Shown: piece by piece, positions 51,695 through 64,000 of the stretch
How positions within the stretch are numbered: position 1 is the first letter of the stretch
Layout of the letters: every line of letters starts with the position of its first letter
Assembly (NCBI GenBank): GCA_043228905.1
Contig: JBHGNT010000005.1
Coordinates: 12,338,001 to 12,402,000, forward strand
Reading direction: 5' to 3'
DNA: 64,000 nucleotides
DNA from: Azolla caroliniana
Taxonomy: Eukaryota > Plantae > Polypodiophyta
Program-made: the position numbers and the translations under genes
Notes under the pieces: generated by a model
The model's database searches: none
What the model was told of the DNA's origin: nothing
What the model saw: the letters and a program-made list of their open reading frames with translations, nothing else

Positions 51695-54600
51695 AGTGTT
51701 TCTTTTATTTACAATTGTGTCTCTTCATCCTATAAGAGACTCTCACCGGCCTTCTTCATCCGGCTCTTCGTTGCCGATTCCTCTTTGCCGGTTTACCAAT
51801 TCCTCCTTGCCGGTTTGCCGATTCATCCTTACTGGTTCCTCTTCGTCCGGTTCTCACCGGGTATTTCATTCTCTATCCGGATGGACAAAATGCAATTTCT
51901 ACGTAGTGTGTAAATTACACTACGACACTCACCCCCTCTAAACCCGCACATCCTCCAGTATGTGCCAAAGTTCCCGATGTTCCATATTTGCCTCCATCCG
52001 TATCGCTCTCTGAATCTTCCCTTATGTCGACTACGAGTTGAAGTCCACTTTCTTCGCTATCCGCATCACCGCGATTGTTGTCTGGTTGCTCCTCATTGTT
52101 GGTCTCGTCTATGGCTACATAAGATTCGTTGTCAGTCCGCTTCTTGAAGATCTTCACCCATTTCCCTGCTATAGGTACTCATAGTATTGTTCCATCCAAC
52201 TCACTTAGTCGGTAAGTTCCGCTGTCGAAAACTTTCCGAACCTCATATGGGCCGAACCACCTTTTTGCGAACTTCCGTACCATTGTATATTGATGATCCA
52301 AACTACTGTCATAGACAATCACCCAATCTCCTTTTTCAATCTTCCGTGGTCGTAGTCAGTGCTTGGTATCGAACCGGCTTTTGTTCCGAAGTCGTGCTTC
52401 TTGTGGTCAGCGTGACGCTTCCGCTACATCTTCCGGTTTTCCCTCCAGTTGTCGTATCCGGACCGCTAGTAGTTCTTCCCGGCTCATCTCTTCCTTCCAT
52501 GGTAGCATTGTCCATGTCGTGATTGCGGTTTCCGTCGGCATTACCGGTGCTTGTCCGGTCGTAAGTTCTGCCGGCATATAACCGGTTACGGAGCTATGCG
52601 TCGTCCGATCCGCCCATAGTGCATACGGGAGCATCTGCGGCCAATCCATCACCCTTCCGTCGCATGCTTTGGCAAGTGCTTTGACGATCGGACTATGTCC
52701 TCGCTCGACCTTCCCGTTGGCTTCCGGATTGTATGCCGTTGTTAGTGTTAACCGAACTCCATGTTTGGCGAAGAATCCCCTAGCTTTATCAGAGTCAAGT
52801 TCTCTCCGATCCGCAATCACTTGTCCTACACACCCATACCTGCAAAACACTTCTTCCAAAAGAAATTGACATACTGCAGAACACGTTTTTCTTCGTAGCG
52901 CCCGACCTTCTACTTGATTTGTGAGATCTTCCCGAGCTAACACCAAGTACTTCTTTTGTCCGATCCCAGTTGGCATGGCTACAATGTCGACCATCCATTT
53001 GAAGTTGATTGTCGGTGAGAATGTCAGATGTAACTCATCTCGGTGTCGAACTCCGGAGTAGATTTGACACTTCTCGCAGCTTTCTGTGAACTCCGCGACA
53101 TCTCTATACATATTCTTCCACCAATATCTTTGCTTGATCTTCCCAAATGTTGCCCATGTTCCCCGATGTCTAGCCCAATCAGATTCGTGAAATTCGGACA
53201 TTACCTGGTTTCGTTGCTCTTTTGTCCCGACTACTCGAAGTGGTATGCTACCCGGTCTTTTTGGCTCCCTCCATAAAAATCCATTTTTCAAGAAGAACTT
53301 TCAGACTTGCCGTTTCTTACTTCAGATCTCGGCTCTCTTCTCTTTATTGTCCGATGATTCCTCGATTTCTCATAGCATTTTCCCGATCAACAAGCTTTCT
53401 CCCTCGTATTCTTCTTCCCGGAATTCTTGGATTACGTCCATCCGGCATATGTGCTCCGAAGCAAAGTAGTCTTCGGAAACTTCTTCATTATCGGATTCAG
53501 TTATGTCATCTCCGAACCGTGCCCTTGATAGCATATCCGCTACAACGTTGTCTTTTCCGGAGATGTGTCTTACCTCCGGATTAAGTGACTTAACATATGC
53601 AATCCACCTTAGCATAGCCACATCCAGTATAGTACAACACCGCATCATCCCGAGTATCGGAAGACAATCCGTTTCGATCACTACTTCGGCTCTGATCAAA
53701 TAATCTTGATCCGATTTGATTGCTGACACGACTCCCCATAATTCTCTTTTGACTTGCGCATACCCGCGTTGCCTTTCGTTGAGAACCTTTGCTCCGAATC
53801 GGATCGGATATCGTGAACCATCCGAGTCGAGTTGATTGATGACCCATCCGATTCCGGTTGGACTTGTATCAACCGTTACTATAACCGGTCGGTCATAGTT
53901 TGGCTTCTTTAGAGCTTCAGCCCTCCGCAGTGTTTTCTTGAGCTTCCTCATGGCTTCGGTGTGTTCCGGTTTCCATTCGAACTTCTTCATCTTCTACAAC
54001 AAGTGATAGAGCGGGTCCGCAATATGTGCGTAGTGCGGAATCCATATGTGATAGAATGCACATGCTCCAAGAAACCTTCAGACTTCGGACTGTGACTCGC
54101 ATACTTCTTTCATAGCTTGAATCACATCGATCTTGGTTGGTGACGGTCTTCGACCGTAGGGCCCACATAGATGTCCAACTACCAATATTTCTTCTTGTCC
54201 GAATGCCGATTTCTCTCCGGAAAGTGTTAGATGCACATCTTCTAACTTCCGTAACACTTTCTCACAATCACGGATATGGTTGACTACGAACCTTCGGCAT
54301 CCCCGTTCATCCATAGCTCCATCTTTTTCTTCCATCGCACACCCTTTCATCGGAATGTCATCTAGGAACGGCATCGTTATCTCCGGTATGCAATCCCGGA
54401 GCACCTTGTTCATCGCATTCATCATATGTGCGACTGAGTTCGTCACGCCTTGTGGTAGCGTACACATCCGGACTAATCCTATCGGTGTCCGCATGGTAGT
54501 GATGTCTCGGCTCTCCACGGCTTGTTGGAATTGGTCATATCCAGAGTATAGGTCTCCGATGGAGTATATCGCGCGACCGGAAAATGCTTCCGCAAATTCG

Positions 54601-57566
54601 TCCACTATCGGACCGACTCCGGAGTTCCGGATCGTGACCTTGTTCACCGGTTGCAAATCTTGAATAAATTGGAGTGACCCATTCTTCTTCGGAACCGTAA
54701 ACCATTGATTTGAGTACGGAGCATTTGATGGCTCTAGAATCCCCATCGCCACCTTCTCCTTGAGCAAGTCGATGATTTTCGGAATATCCGCCCGTGGCAT
54801 CGGAATCAGCTTCAGGTTCCATGGCACATGGTCAATCGTGAAGATCACCATCGGCTCCACTATCTTTGGGTCAGTGCATCCTATTTCTTTCGATGTAAAT
54901 GCAAATGCTCTCCCATGTCGCTCTAGCATCCCACGGAATCGTTCTTCTTCATTCTTTAATAGGAACCTACCTCCACTGATCCAAAGTTTCTTCCGGGTCT
55001 CATCCGTGAAGGCATGTCCGATATCCATGGACTTCCGAAGTGTCGGATCCCTCGAGACTTCTTTCCTCTTTTGTTCGCTATCTGCGGGTAACGGTCCCGC
55101 GGCCGGTTTCACTTTCTTCTCCACGGTCTTGTATTTCGTACTTACCATTGCTTCTTCTTTGCGGAGCGCATCCGGCCCCATTTTCACAATGATCTCGTAC
55201 ATCTCGACCGACTCCACCGGAATTGCCCGGTTTCCCTGGCTTGTATCTTCCGTGAGCTCTTCAAGCCGTTGTAGTGTGCTCCCATAGAACACCTCTTCGA
55301 CTATTCCCACGATTTCTTCGTCTTCTTTTATTATTGATGCCGACCGTAACTTATCCTCCACTTTTCGGTATTCTTTCTTCATTCCTCTGGTTACGACCGT
55401 GTACATGGATGCCCCATCCAGACCGATTCGTACTTGTTTTGCATCGAGAGGTTTCTTCCTGTGTGGGGTATCAGGGCTTCTCGGACTATCACTTCCCCAC
55501 TCCGCAACAGTCCGCTCTAAAAATCCATTCTTGTTTGGGACAAGAGCTCTCTCTTTTCCGTTCATGATTTTCCGGCACCGTTAGGAATTGGACGGATTTC
55601 CCTCCGTTTTGGCTCCGAATTCGTGCAAAAGCCGCACCGCTATCGTGCACCTTCGTCTCCATCCGTGATGCCGTGATAAAGGGTTTCCTGAGGATCACGG
55701 AGTGTGAGACCTCGTCTTGTACGAAGAAATTTTGGTCGATCTCGACATCCCCGATCTTCATCGTCACATCCGGACAAGCCACAAATAGATCTTCCGTTGC
55801 TTTAGTGGCCGCCCGGATCTTCCATCCATGATTGGTGTTAATAGGCCACTTCCCCTTCCGGTAGAACTCTTTGGACATCAAATTGATCTCCGATCCGTGA
55901 TCAACGAATGCTAGCACGGGCTCTTTGATGTTTCCAATTCGGATTGGAGTCTCCGTAGTTGCACGCGCCCAGTGTGGCTTTGTATAGTGGGAATTCGGAA
56001 TCTCGTCCTCCACTTCAGTGTTGTTCATCAGAACGGTATTTGCATTCACCATCGGCGCATTTTCCTCCGTAGTTTGTCTTTTTCTTTTCACGAGATCCAC
56101 AAGAAGATCATGGAACTCTTTTTTTGCTATTCCTAGTAGTTCCCGAAGTGAAAAATCTACCCGGCTGTCAAGGATTCTCTCCTCGAACACCTTTTTCAAG
56201 TCCGTTTGTTGTTCGATGTCCGAGGTGAGCTTGAATGCCGGAATCTCTTTTCCTTTCCCTCTTCCGTCGGAGTTCCAGCTCTCCGGTGTCTTCGATGGTC
56301 CAGTCGCATCCTCCGTACGTCGCCGCTTCTCATCCACATATACCTCATGTAATTGACATAGGGCGTATACGCTATTCTTATCGACGGGGCACTCCCATTC
56401 CGTAGCTTCCCGGATGCCTTCCGCGGTGCTTCGGATCTCGTTAGAGTCGGTTTTCTCGGTGTTTTCTAGCACTTCCGGCCAAAAAGACACCTTTGCTCCC
56501 GATGACTCCCCGACACATTCCCGCGGTTGTTGCGTAATTGCTCTTCGCCGTTATTTCCTCCTCTAGGACCTTCTTCATGCCGCCTTTTTGGAAGTTCGGT
56601 CGGAGCGGCTTCCGAGAGTCCATCGAATGAATCCGATTTCCCTCGTAGTAGATAAGATCCTGTCATAGTGCTTCCTTGTGCTCGTCGCAATCCCTCTGAT
56701 CATGTTTGGTGCTATCGCACCATATGCATCGACGGTCCATATACTTGGAACTTGTGGGACGGTCATCCGACTTCTTCACCATCGCGATTTTTAGATTCTC
56801 CATCTCCTTCAGCAACTGCTCCACCGTAGTTGTGTCGATTCCCTTCTCAGTCGTAGCTTCCCGAGCCCGCGGTTGATGGTCTTCCGATCTGGATCTCGGT
56901 TTTGGAATCGGTTCCGAAACCCTCTTTTCTTCGTTGGCAAGCCATTCCCCCTCTTTGTGTATCGCGCGACGATATCCCGCACGCTTTCCCATGTTTCGGT
57001 GAGGCCACTCTCGATAGTCGTGTCCTCTAGAAGCACTCCAAGATCCTTCTAGTCCCGGACGTCTACAGCTTGTAAGAACATGATAACTTTGTCCGGTGCG
57101 AGGATAGCTTGATCTCTAGCAGACAACCTCCCGAACTGACTTTCGAATGCCGAAAACACATCGAGGACCTTCATCCCCTTGTCCGGCGTTTCCACCCAAT
57201 CTTCGAATCCCCTCCACGTTGCCTTGGAGTAGTCCTCGATGGCGAACGTGGTCTTTAACGCTTCTTCAAATGTTTCCCACGTCGGATTTTGCTGTTATAA
57301 CCCGTGGATACTCCCTTGAAGCCCGTCAGTCGCCACCCGGTTGAAGGATGTCACTTGCAGGCCTTCTGAAATCTGGCACCGGAGCATCTCTGCCTTGTAG
57401 TATTGCAAATATCGCGACACATCCTTACCGTTGAATTGCCCGTTGCATTGCACGAGCCGCTCTACTGCTGCCGAAATCTCCGACATCGCGCGTTGTTCTT
57501 GTAGCATCCGCTCAAACATCGCCACATATTGTTAGCTTGTTGATTCTCCATCTCCTTGCCACCTGT

Positions 57567-57585
57567 ATTCATGTCGGGTTCACCA
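57567..57585 (-). promoter_or_regulatory. Primer-binding site complementary to tRNA-Trp
   Basis: + strand attcatgtcgggttcacca matches the plant tRNA-Trp 3' end ATTCACGTCGGGTTCACCA (from memory) with one C>T change. Confidence 0.8.
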
Positions 57586-60500
57586 CTTGTGTCATGCCTC
57601 TCGGCGCCGGATCGTTATGTGAGTCGGGTGGGAACCGCTGGGGTTTTGGACTAGGAGAAAGGAGATCGTGAGATAGAGATTAATTATGAGTAGATAGCAA
57701 AGAGAAAGATAAGAAACTCGTGAATCACATGAGTATACTATATTAATTGGTACTTAGGTTGTTAAGGAAGAAGTAGATGCATAAATCATGAATCCCACGA
57801 ATAATTTTTATATTGATCAATACTTAATCCAAAAAAATAACCAACCCTTATACATCTTTCTCTCCTCCTTATATAAGGACGGGAGAGGCTAAGCATAACT
57901 TCTTGCTTTTCTAAAGTGTTCATACCCTCTAAATTTGCATGCTTTACTTTTCCTACTACGATTTCCTAAATTTAGCATTCATGCCCGCTAGATGTGCATG
58001 TGTAATTTTATTAGTGTACATATAAATAAAGTTTTCACGCATTCTAAAAATGCATGACCTACCTTTTAATAAAGGTAGGCGAAAATAAAGGTTTTATACG
58101 TATTAAATCTATATTTGAAACACTCAGAATAAGTTAGTATAATGGTAAGGCTGGAGTTTGTTTGCGTGGAGGTGCAGTGTTTGAATCTTGCCCTATGCAC
58201 GTAACATAAATTTTAATGTTTCTTTTATTTACAATTGTGTCTCTTCATCCTGTAAGAGACTCTCACCGGCCTTCTTCATCCAGCTCTTCCTTGCCGATTC
58301 CTCCTTGCCGGTTTACCGATTCCTCCTTGCCGGTTCCTCTTCGTCCGGTTCTCACCGGGTATTTCATTCTCTATTCGGATGGACAAAATGCAATTTCTAC
58401 GTAGTGTGTAAATTACACTATGACAACGTCTCGACTTACTCGAGATTTTCGAGTTGAGGGGTTGTAGCACTTGTACCCCTTTTGCTCCAGTGAGTATCCT
58501 ACAAGGATACATTTCTCCGACTTCGGGTCGAGCTTTTGACGCTTCTCGTCGGGGATGTGCACGTACGCAATGGAGCCGAATATCCGAACATGTGATAGGT
58601 TCGGCTTCTTTCCGAAGAATCTTTCGTGTGGAGTGACCTCGTGCAGGCCGGATGTTGTGCACTGGTTCATTAGGTAGATGGCCGTATTTGCAGCTTCGGC
58701 CCAATAAGACTTGGGCATATGCTTCTCATTCATCATTGCTCGCGCTACTTCGAGGATGTGCCGATTTTTGCGCTCGGCTACCCCGTTTTGTTGTGGAGTG
58801 TGTCGGCAAGTGAATTCTCGCTGAATTCCTTCCTTTCAGAGATACGTTGTGAAATCGTTCGAGAAGTATTCCTTGCCGCCATCCAATCGAAGACAACGTA
58901 CATGTCGGCCTGTGGCTTTCTTGACTTCATTCTTGAATTTTTGGAGGTGTCCGAACACTTCGCTCTTTTGGCGCATCGGATAGATCCAAGTGTGCCTAGA
59001 AAAGTCGTAGATGAAGAGCACCTAATATCGGCATCCGCCAAATGTTGCTGTTTGAGTCGCACCCCATACATCGGAATGAATTACGTCGAGTACGCCTTTG
59101 CTCACGTTCCGCTCCTTCGGAAATGGGCGTCGGTGTTGCTTGCCGAATTGGCACGCTTCGCATACACCTTCAATCTCCTTCTCTTTGGGATGTCATATGG
59201 TTCGAGGCTCTGGAGTCAACAAACCATACGTCCTCCGGATTGAGGGCACTAGTTGAGGTAGAGGCCGACATAGAATTTGCTCTATGTTTCATCATGAACA
59301 TTCCTCCACGGTCAGAGTTGTATGCGTACATTCCGCCATGATCCTCATAGTCGGAGTTGTGCCCGTACATTCCGCTATACTCTTCGTAGTCGGAATTGTG
59401 CGCGTAATTCGTGAGTTGTTGGCTTGTGGAAGCCGATTCACGCATCTTCTTTCGGCACTCTTCTTCATGGTGGCCGAGCTTTCCGCAATATCCGCATTCG
59501 GTTGCGTTTTGACAGCTCGGGCCGGAATGGAAGCTCCCCTTCTTGCGAAGGTTCCTCGTTGGCTTCCATTTTGCGGCCGAAATTGGGAGTTGTTATTGTA
59601 GGTCGGACCTCGTCCGCCTTGTCCTTGGCCGAATCGGCCTCTCGATCGTCCGCGTCCTCTTCCTCCGTTCGAGTGCGTGTAGAGCATGTGGCCTTCCGAC
59701 TCATTGCTCCTTGTACGCACGTGGTTTTCTTCGACCAATAGCATTGATTGGAGCTCGAAGAAGGAGGGAGATTTCTCCCGTGCTAGAATGGCGGTTCGCA
59801 TCGCGCTGAACCGTGGTGCGAGGCCGCCAAGGCATATTTGCACCATCTCATCCTCATCTATACTTACGCTTATTGAGCTAAGCGAGTCGCAAAGCTCCTT
59901 GATCTTCAAGGTGTATGTCATGATGGACATGTCCCTTTGTTGAATGTTGTTCAACTCTTGGTGGAATTGAAGCTTCCTCGTGGTCGTGTTGGCGGCGAAA
60001 ATCTTTCGTAGATTTTCCCACGCTTCCTTCGGCGTCTTGGCTTCGCGAATGTAGCCAAGCATGTGATCGTGAACACACGTCGCCAAGCAATACATCATGC
60101 GGCTTGCGGCTTGCTTCCATGTCGTGTATCCGGGAGCCGCTTCGGCAGGTCGGTCTTCATGCGCTCCTTTGATGTAGCTCCAATAGCCTTGTCCGACAAT
60201 GTATTGGTGCATCTTGTACTCCCAAGATGCGAAGTTGTTTTGATCCAACTTCTCAGTAGGGAGAGCGCTCCCCATTTGAGTATTCATTATGTCGATTCTT
60301 CTTCTTCTTCTTCTTCTTCTCTCTTTGAATACGAGCTATGTAGCGAAGCTACGATAGCGATGAGGCGGTTCTTGGTTGTCGGCGTGGAGCACAACACATG
60401 ATCACGATGAGGCGAATGGGCTAGATCGAGCTACCAAATCGCTCTGATACCATGTAAAGAATCAAGAGATGGATTCTTGTGAAGCGGAAGAGATATGAGT

Positions 60501-63500
60501 TATGTGTGTGTATGAGAGAGAGAGAGAGTGAGAGAGACAAGGAATAAGACACAGAGAATACACAAGGTAAAAGTATATTAACAAAGGAGAAAGACTCAAC
60601 ATTGTACAAGGTGGGAGGAGGGTGCTTTATGTAGTCACCCTCTCTCTTCATTAACTACAAGACTCATGGAGCATGGGGAATGTGAAAGCTCATAAGTTAT
60701 GTGTCATAGAATATGATTCTATGACTCATACTAAATGCTAGAATACAAGGTGGTGACATAATGGTGACTCTTGACCGTTGGAGTGTCTCTTCACTCTCAA
60801 GGTGAGTTCACACACTAGACCAAGTTGAGCTTGATTCTCAACAACACGCATAAATAATGAGTGACCACAACGCTTACCTACACCATCACCAGGAAATACA
60901 TGGAAGAAATCAATGAGCATAGACATTGGCTTAGCAGATTCTCTACATACCCAATGTAATGTCATTGACCACCCATCAAAGGTAATTGCAAAACGTGAAT
61001 CGAGTGTAGACAAAAAACTTATAACTATTTGACGAATGACAACATACATTTGCAATATTGATCGTTTTAAAGTACGTGCTGACTTAAGCACATACCCTGG
61101 TAAGACATCACGCATGAATTGTTTAAAACCTAAGGACTCAACATGCACATGAGGCAACATTTCTGTGATTATATATTTTGTTATAGAGCTATCAATTTTC
61201 TTCTCGAATGTACGAGATATTAGAAGCTTAGACGTATCTATAGGATGTTGGATCACAGACATTGTATTCATACGTGAGGAACTATGTGGCTGAGATGTGC
61301 TAGTAATGTGATGTTTTTCTAATAAATGTTTTGTAAGAGTACCCGTGGATGTATTATTTGACCAAGAAATAGAGCAATGAGAGCATCGACGATGGGGCAC
61401 ACTGTTATCTGTGATATTTATAGTGTGTTGGTCTGTCCATGAAGTTCGTAGTCTCTTTAATTTGCCTTTACATGTGTTACTTGTTGAAGCTGAGGCAATT
61501 GAATTTGGGGATGATATAGTGTTCAATAAAGGGGCGTTCACACTTGATTCCATGTTCTATAAGGAATTAGAAAATTGTATCGGACTAAAGGAAGTCATAA
61601 TTAGTGATATAATAAGATGATATGCATAAAATCAAGGGCACAGATTACTCACGATATTGAAGGAGATTCAAAAGAACTATATAAATCTAAATGTTTAAGG
61701 AGTCATCCAAAACCAAGAGATTATGTTTGATTCTACTATAACCAAAGCATTTCCATGTACTGATACTTCTACTATAGCCAAAACATATAGAAAATCAATC
61801 TTCCAATTCTATAAAATTTTTTCATGAATTCAATTTTAGAATTCTCAAGCTATGTTTCCTAAGGATTTGTATTTATTTATTTTGGTGTCACAACAAAGTT
61901 GTTGAACCAACTAAATCATCAGAATGCAAGAAAGTGGGAAGGAGGTAAAGGCAACCATGCAGTCCCCTTATCTTAGGATGATTCCAAAGGCTTTTTAGCA
62001 TCGAATATTTTGTATTCATTTTCCAAGGATATAAACAAATATAGGATGGACAAAGGATCAACATGTGCATGGAATGCATTTAAAAAATCCATTATGTTTT
62101 TAGTCTAAAACATTATCTTCCTAGTTTACACAATTTCCCATTGAAATAAGAAACAAACGAATTAAACATACAACTTACATATGACCCTCCACATGCCTAT
62201 CCACGAGTATTTTATCATTAGGAGACAAACATTTTTTCATCCTATTAAATTAGTTTAAGACATCCATTTTTCCCACATAGTATTGTTGAAATGCAATTTC
62301 TATTGACCATACAAAATGTATATTGATTTCATCATGTGCTCGATCTTCTAATCCTTGCATTAGAATTCAATTTTTAGAAATATCCAAGACAAATAGGCAT
62401 GCTATTAGAGTATTCAAAATATAGATCATTTAGATGATGGGCAAAACATATCTACTTGATGACTGCAAATTACAAAACAAGATTATTGAAAATAGCCTCT
62501 TATTATTAAAAAGTTCATACATAATTGATCAAACATGTCTATTGAGTATTTTGATATAAAGAGGGGTGTACCAACTCAAATTCATAAAAAAAACATTCTA
62601 TCATGTAGTTTTATCCACGTGATTGATTTGTATGTGTTTCCAACAACAAGATTGAAAAGAAGAAGAGAGTCGACAATATGTTTTCGAAGAAGAAGAAGAA
62701 GTAGATCAAGAAGTAGATATGTGTTTTTTAGAAGTTAGGTCAAAATCTACTTTCAATATTTCTGAAATTGATAAATTTAACCTTTAAAATATGCGTTAAA
62801 AGAAAATATTTATAAAACTATCACCCAAATTGTTAAGCCGTTTAAAACCGTTTAAACCGCGGTTTTCAAACCGTTTAAACCGAAACCTTTAAACCGATGA
62901 GGGGTCGAACCAAACCAAACCGAACTGTTGCCCCCTTGAACCAAACCAAAACTGAACCAAAACCGAACCAAACCGTTTATGAAAATCCGAACTTGAACCA
63001 AACCAAACCGAACCATTGAAACCGCTAAACCGTTAACCTGTGGTTTCGTGGTTTGGTTTGGTTCAAACCGAACCACTGTCGATTGTTATGCCTCACCCCT
63101 TACTACTATAAAAGGGAGTGAGGGGTCACTTTGGAAGGGGTTGCCTATTTTGAGGGAGAGAGGTATACCACTTAGGTCGAGGGTTTCCCATTTCGGTTTT
63201 AGGGTTTCGTTTAGGGTTTCTTCTTCATCTTCTTTACTTGCTTATCCGGTTAGGGTTTTGTTATACCGTTTGGTGCGGCCTATGCACCTTGGTTGTAATC
63301 TTTTGTGAACTCTTAATATAGCTTGTTGATCTTCTTGCCTTGTGGGTGTATCTTGACTCCATCTATTCTATTCTATGTTTATGTCTTTTTCTTTCTCATC
63401 TCCTCTTGAGCTAAACTTCCATTTCTCCTCTACTCCCTAGTCCAAGACCCCTGTGGTCCCACCTAAGATCCTACACGTACTCGCGGAATATCGCGACAAC

Positions 63501-64000
63501 GTCGGACCCGTCCCTCTACTCATCGTTCAAAATGTCCATGATGTTCGGCTCCGTCCGTACGACCTGGTCGATTGGCTCCGTAGGTGCTTTGTTGTTCTGC
63601 TCGACTGGCTCCTCCAATTGCGTATCGTCCACTTCACCACGTTCGGTCGGTGTGTGAGTTCCCATGTTGTCAGATTCTGTACTCCGCATGATCAGGGCTG
63701 GTTCCGTTGGTTCGATGTCTGGATCATTCCTCCAAGTTTCTAGTGTGGGCTCTTTAGTCTATGGGCAAGCGGTCGGACGGGGCTCTTCCCTGTCTGTTTC
63801 TTCTGTAGCGTTGACAAGCATAGTGGTCACCTCCAGAGGGTTGTTCGAATTGGGCTGTGCCTCATCTTGTTCGGAGGAATCATTGTCTAGTACCGCAATT
63901 GTCTTCGTCCTTTGCTGTTCACTGCTGACCTCCATTAGCCGGCGGAAAATGTCTTCTTGACTTTCCCCAAAATCTTCCAACAGCTGCGTGAGTGCTTCGA

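Larger units (their letters stand above)
51070..58425 (-). mobile_element. Ty3/gypsy element without an evident chromodomain (Phygy-like by recollection), degenerate
   Basis: LTRs 51070-51927 and 57590-58425; PPT 51928-51940; order gag-PR (VDHGSEIN)-RT (PFLDDI)-RH (VDTSPTGIG)-INT (EANGKVERGH); 4-bp TSD AAGT/ACGT. The lineage name is an inference. Confidence 0.92.
47735..60843 (-). mobile_element. Ty1/copia element D (same family as B), containing a gypsy insertion
   Basis: LTRs 47735-48124 and 60453-60843; TSD ACATG/ACACG; PBS 60441-60452; PPT 48125-48134; gag 59292-60287, INT ~58430-59170, RT/RH 49055-50900. Confidence 0.93.
46576..61553 (-). pseudogene. hAT transposase (BED finger, DDE core, start of dimerisation domain), interrupted at 47735-60843
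   Basis: CSHC...LTKHLLEKH; ITFDGWS; RCMVHVFQL; TRWNST; DPLQWW. The second catalytic Asp appears as Asn (SSNGAS), and the C-terminal SER-FS segment is not visible. Confidence 0.88.
45568..63088 (-). mobile_element. hAT DNA transposon (~4.4 kb of its own sequence) carrying 13.1 kb of nested retroelements
   Basis: 25-bp TIRs taacaatcggcaacggttcggtttg / caaaccgaaccactgtcgattgtta; perfect 8-bp TSD TGCCTCAC (45560-45567, 63089-63096); AAACCG-rich subterminal arrays at both ends. Confidence 0.95.
45211..63498 (+). mobile_element. Solo LTR F (~760 bp: 45211-45567 plus 63097-63498), split by the hAT
   Basis: TGTCGTGA...TCGCGACA termini; 4-bp TSD ATGT (45207-45210) / ACGT (63499-63502); TATA ctataaaa ~63106. 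Confidence 0.75.
44722..64000. mobile_element. Unclassified probable LTR element E (visible parts 44722-45210 and 63499-64000)
   Basis: Abrupt TGTTA start inside copia C RT/RH; LTR-like texture; the sequence rejoins as ...catggc-acgt-cggacc... when the 45211-63498 insertion is removed. Confidence 0.5.

Noticed and set aside
55489-55565. Programmed frameshift between gypsy protease and RT
   Set aside because: The element has several other disabling stops and frameshifts, so decay is the simpler explanation without a family alignment.
60738-60848. Unusual C-terminus on the 271-aa BED-finger ORF
   Set aside because: Read-through into the copia D LTR; the real transposase resumes at ~47729.

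Overview
Land-plant nuclear DNA (a seed-free plant such as a fern is a guess from the transposon lineages), about 70% transposon-derived. A two-gene island holds a 3-exon TBL17/18 (YLS7)-type polysaccharide O-acetyltransferase on + (23.8-26.0 kb) and a convergent 14-exon HLB1-like TPR gene on - (30.8-39.8 kb). Left of it is a Ty1/copia cluster that includes a very young, intact Tnt1/Tork-like element (4793-10193). Right of it is a seven-layer nest: LINE < copia < LTR element < solo LTR < hAT < copia < tRNA-Trp-primed gypsy. Most notable signals: (1) tRNA-like Pol III A/B-box cassettes lying antisense in the U3 of two unrelated LTR families; (2) three TGTCGTG-terminated LTR insertions whose 4-bp TSDs all trace to ACGT; (3) a duplicated PPT shared by four copia elements; (4) extreme CCGG enrichment in the young elements. 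All alignments and counts were done by eye; no database searches were run.
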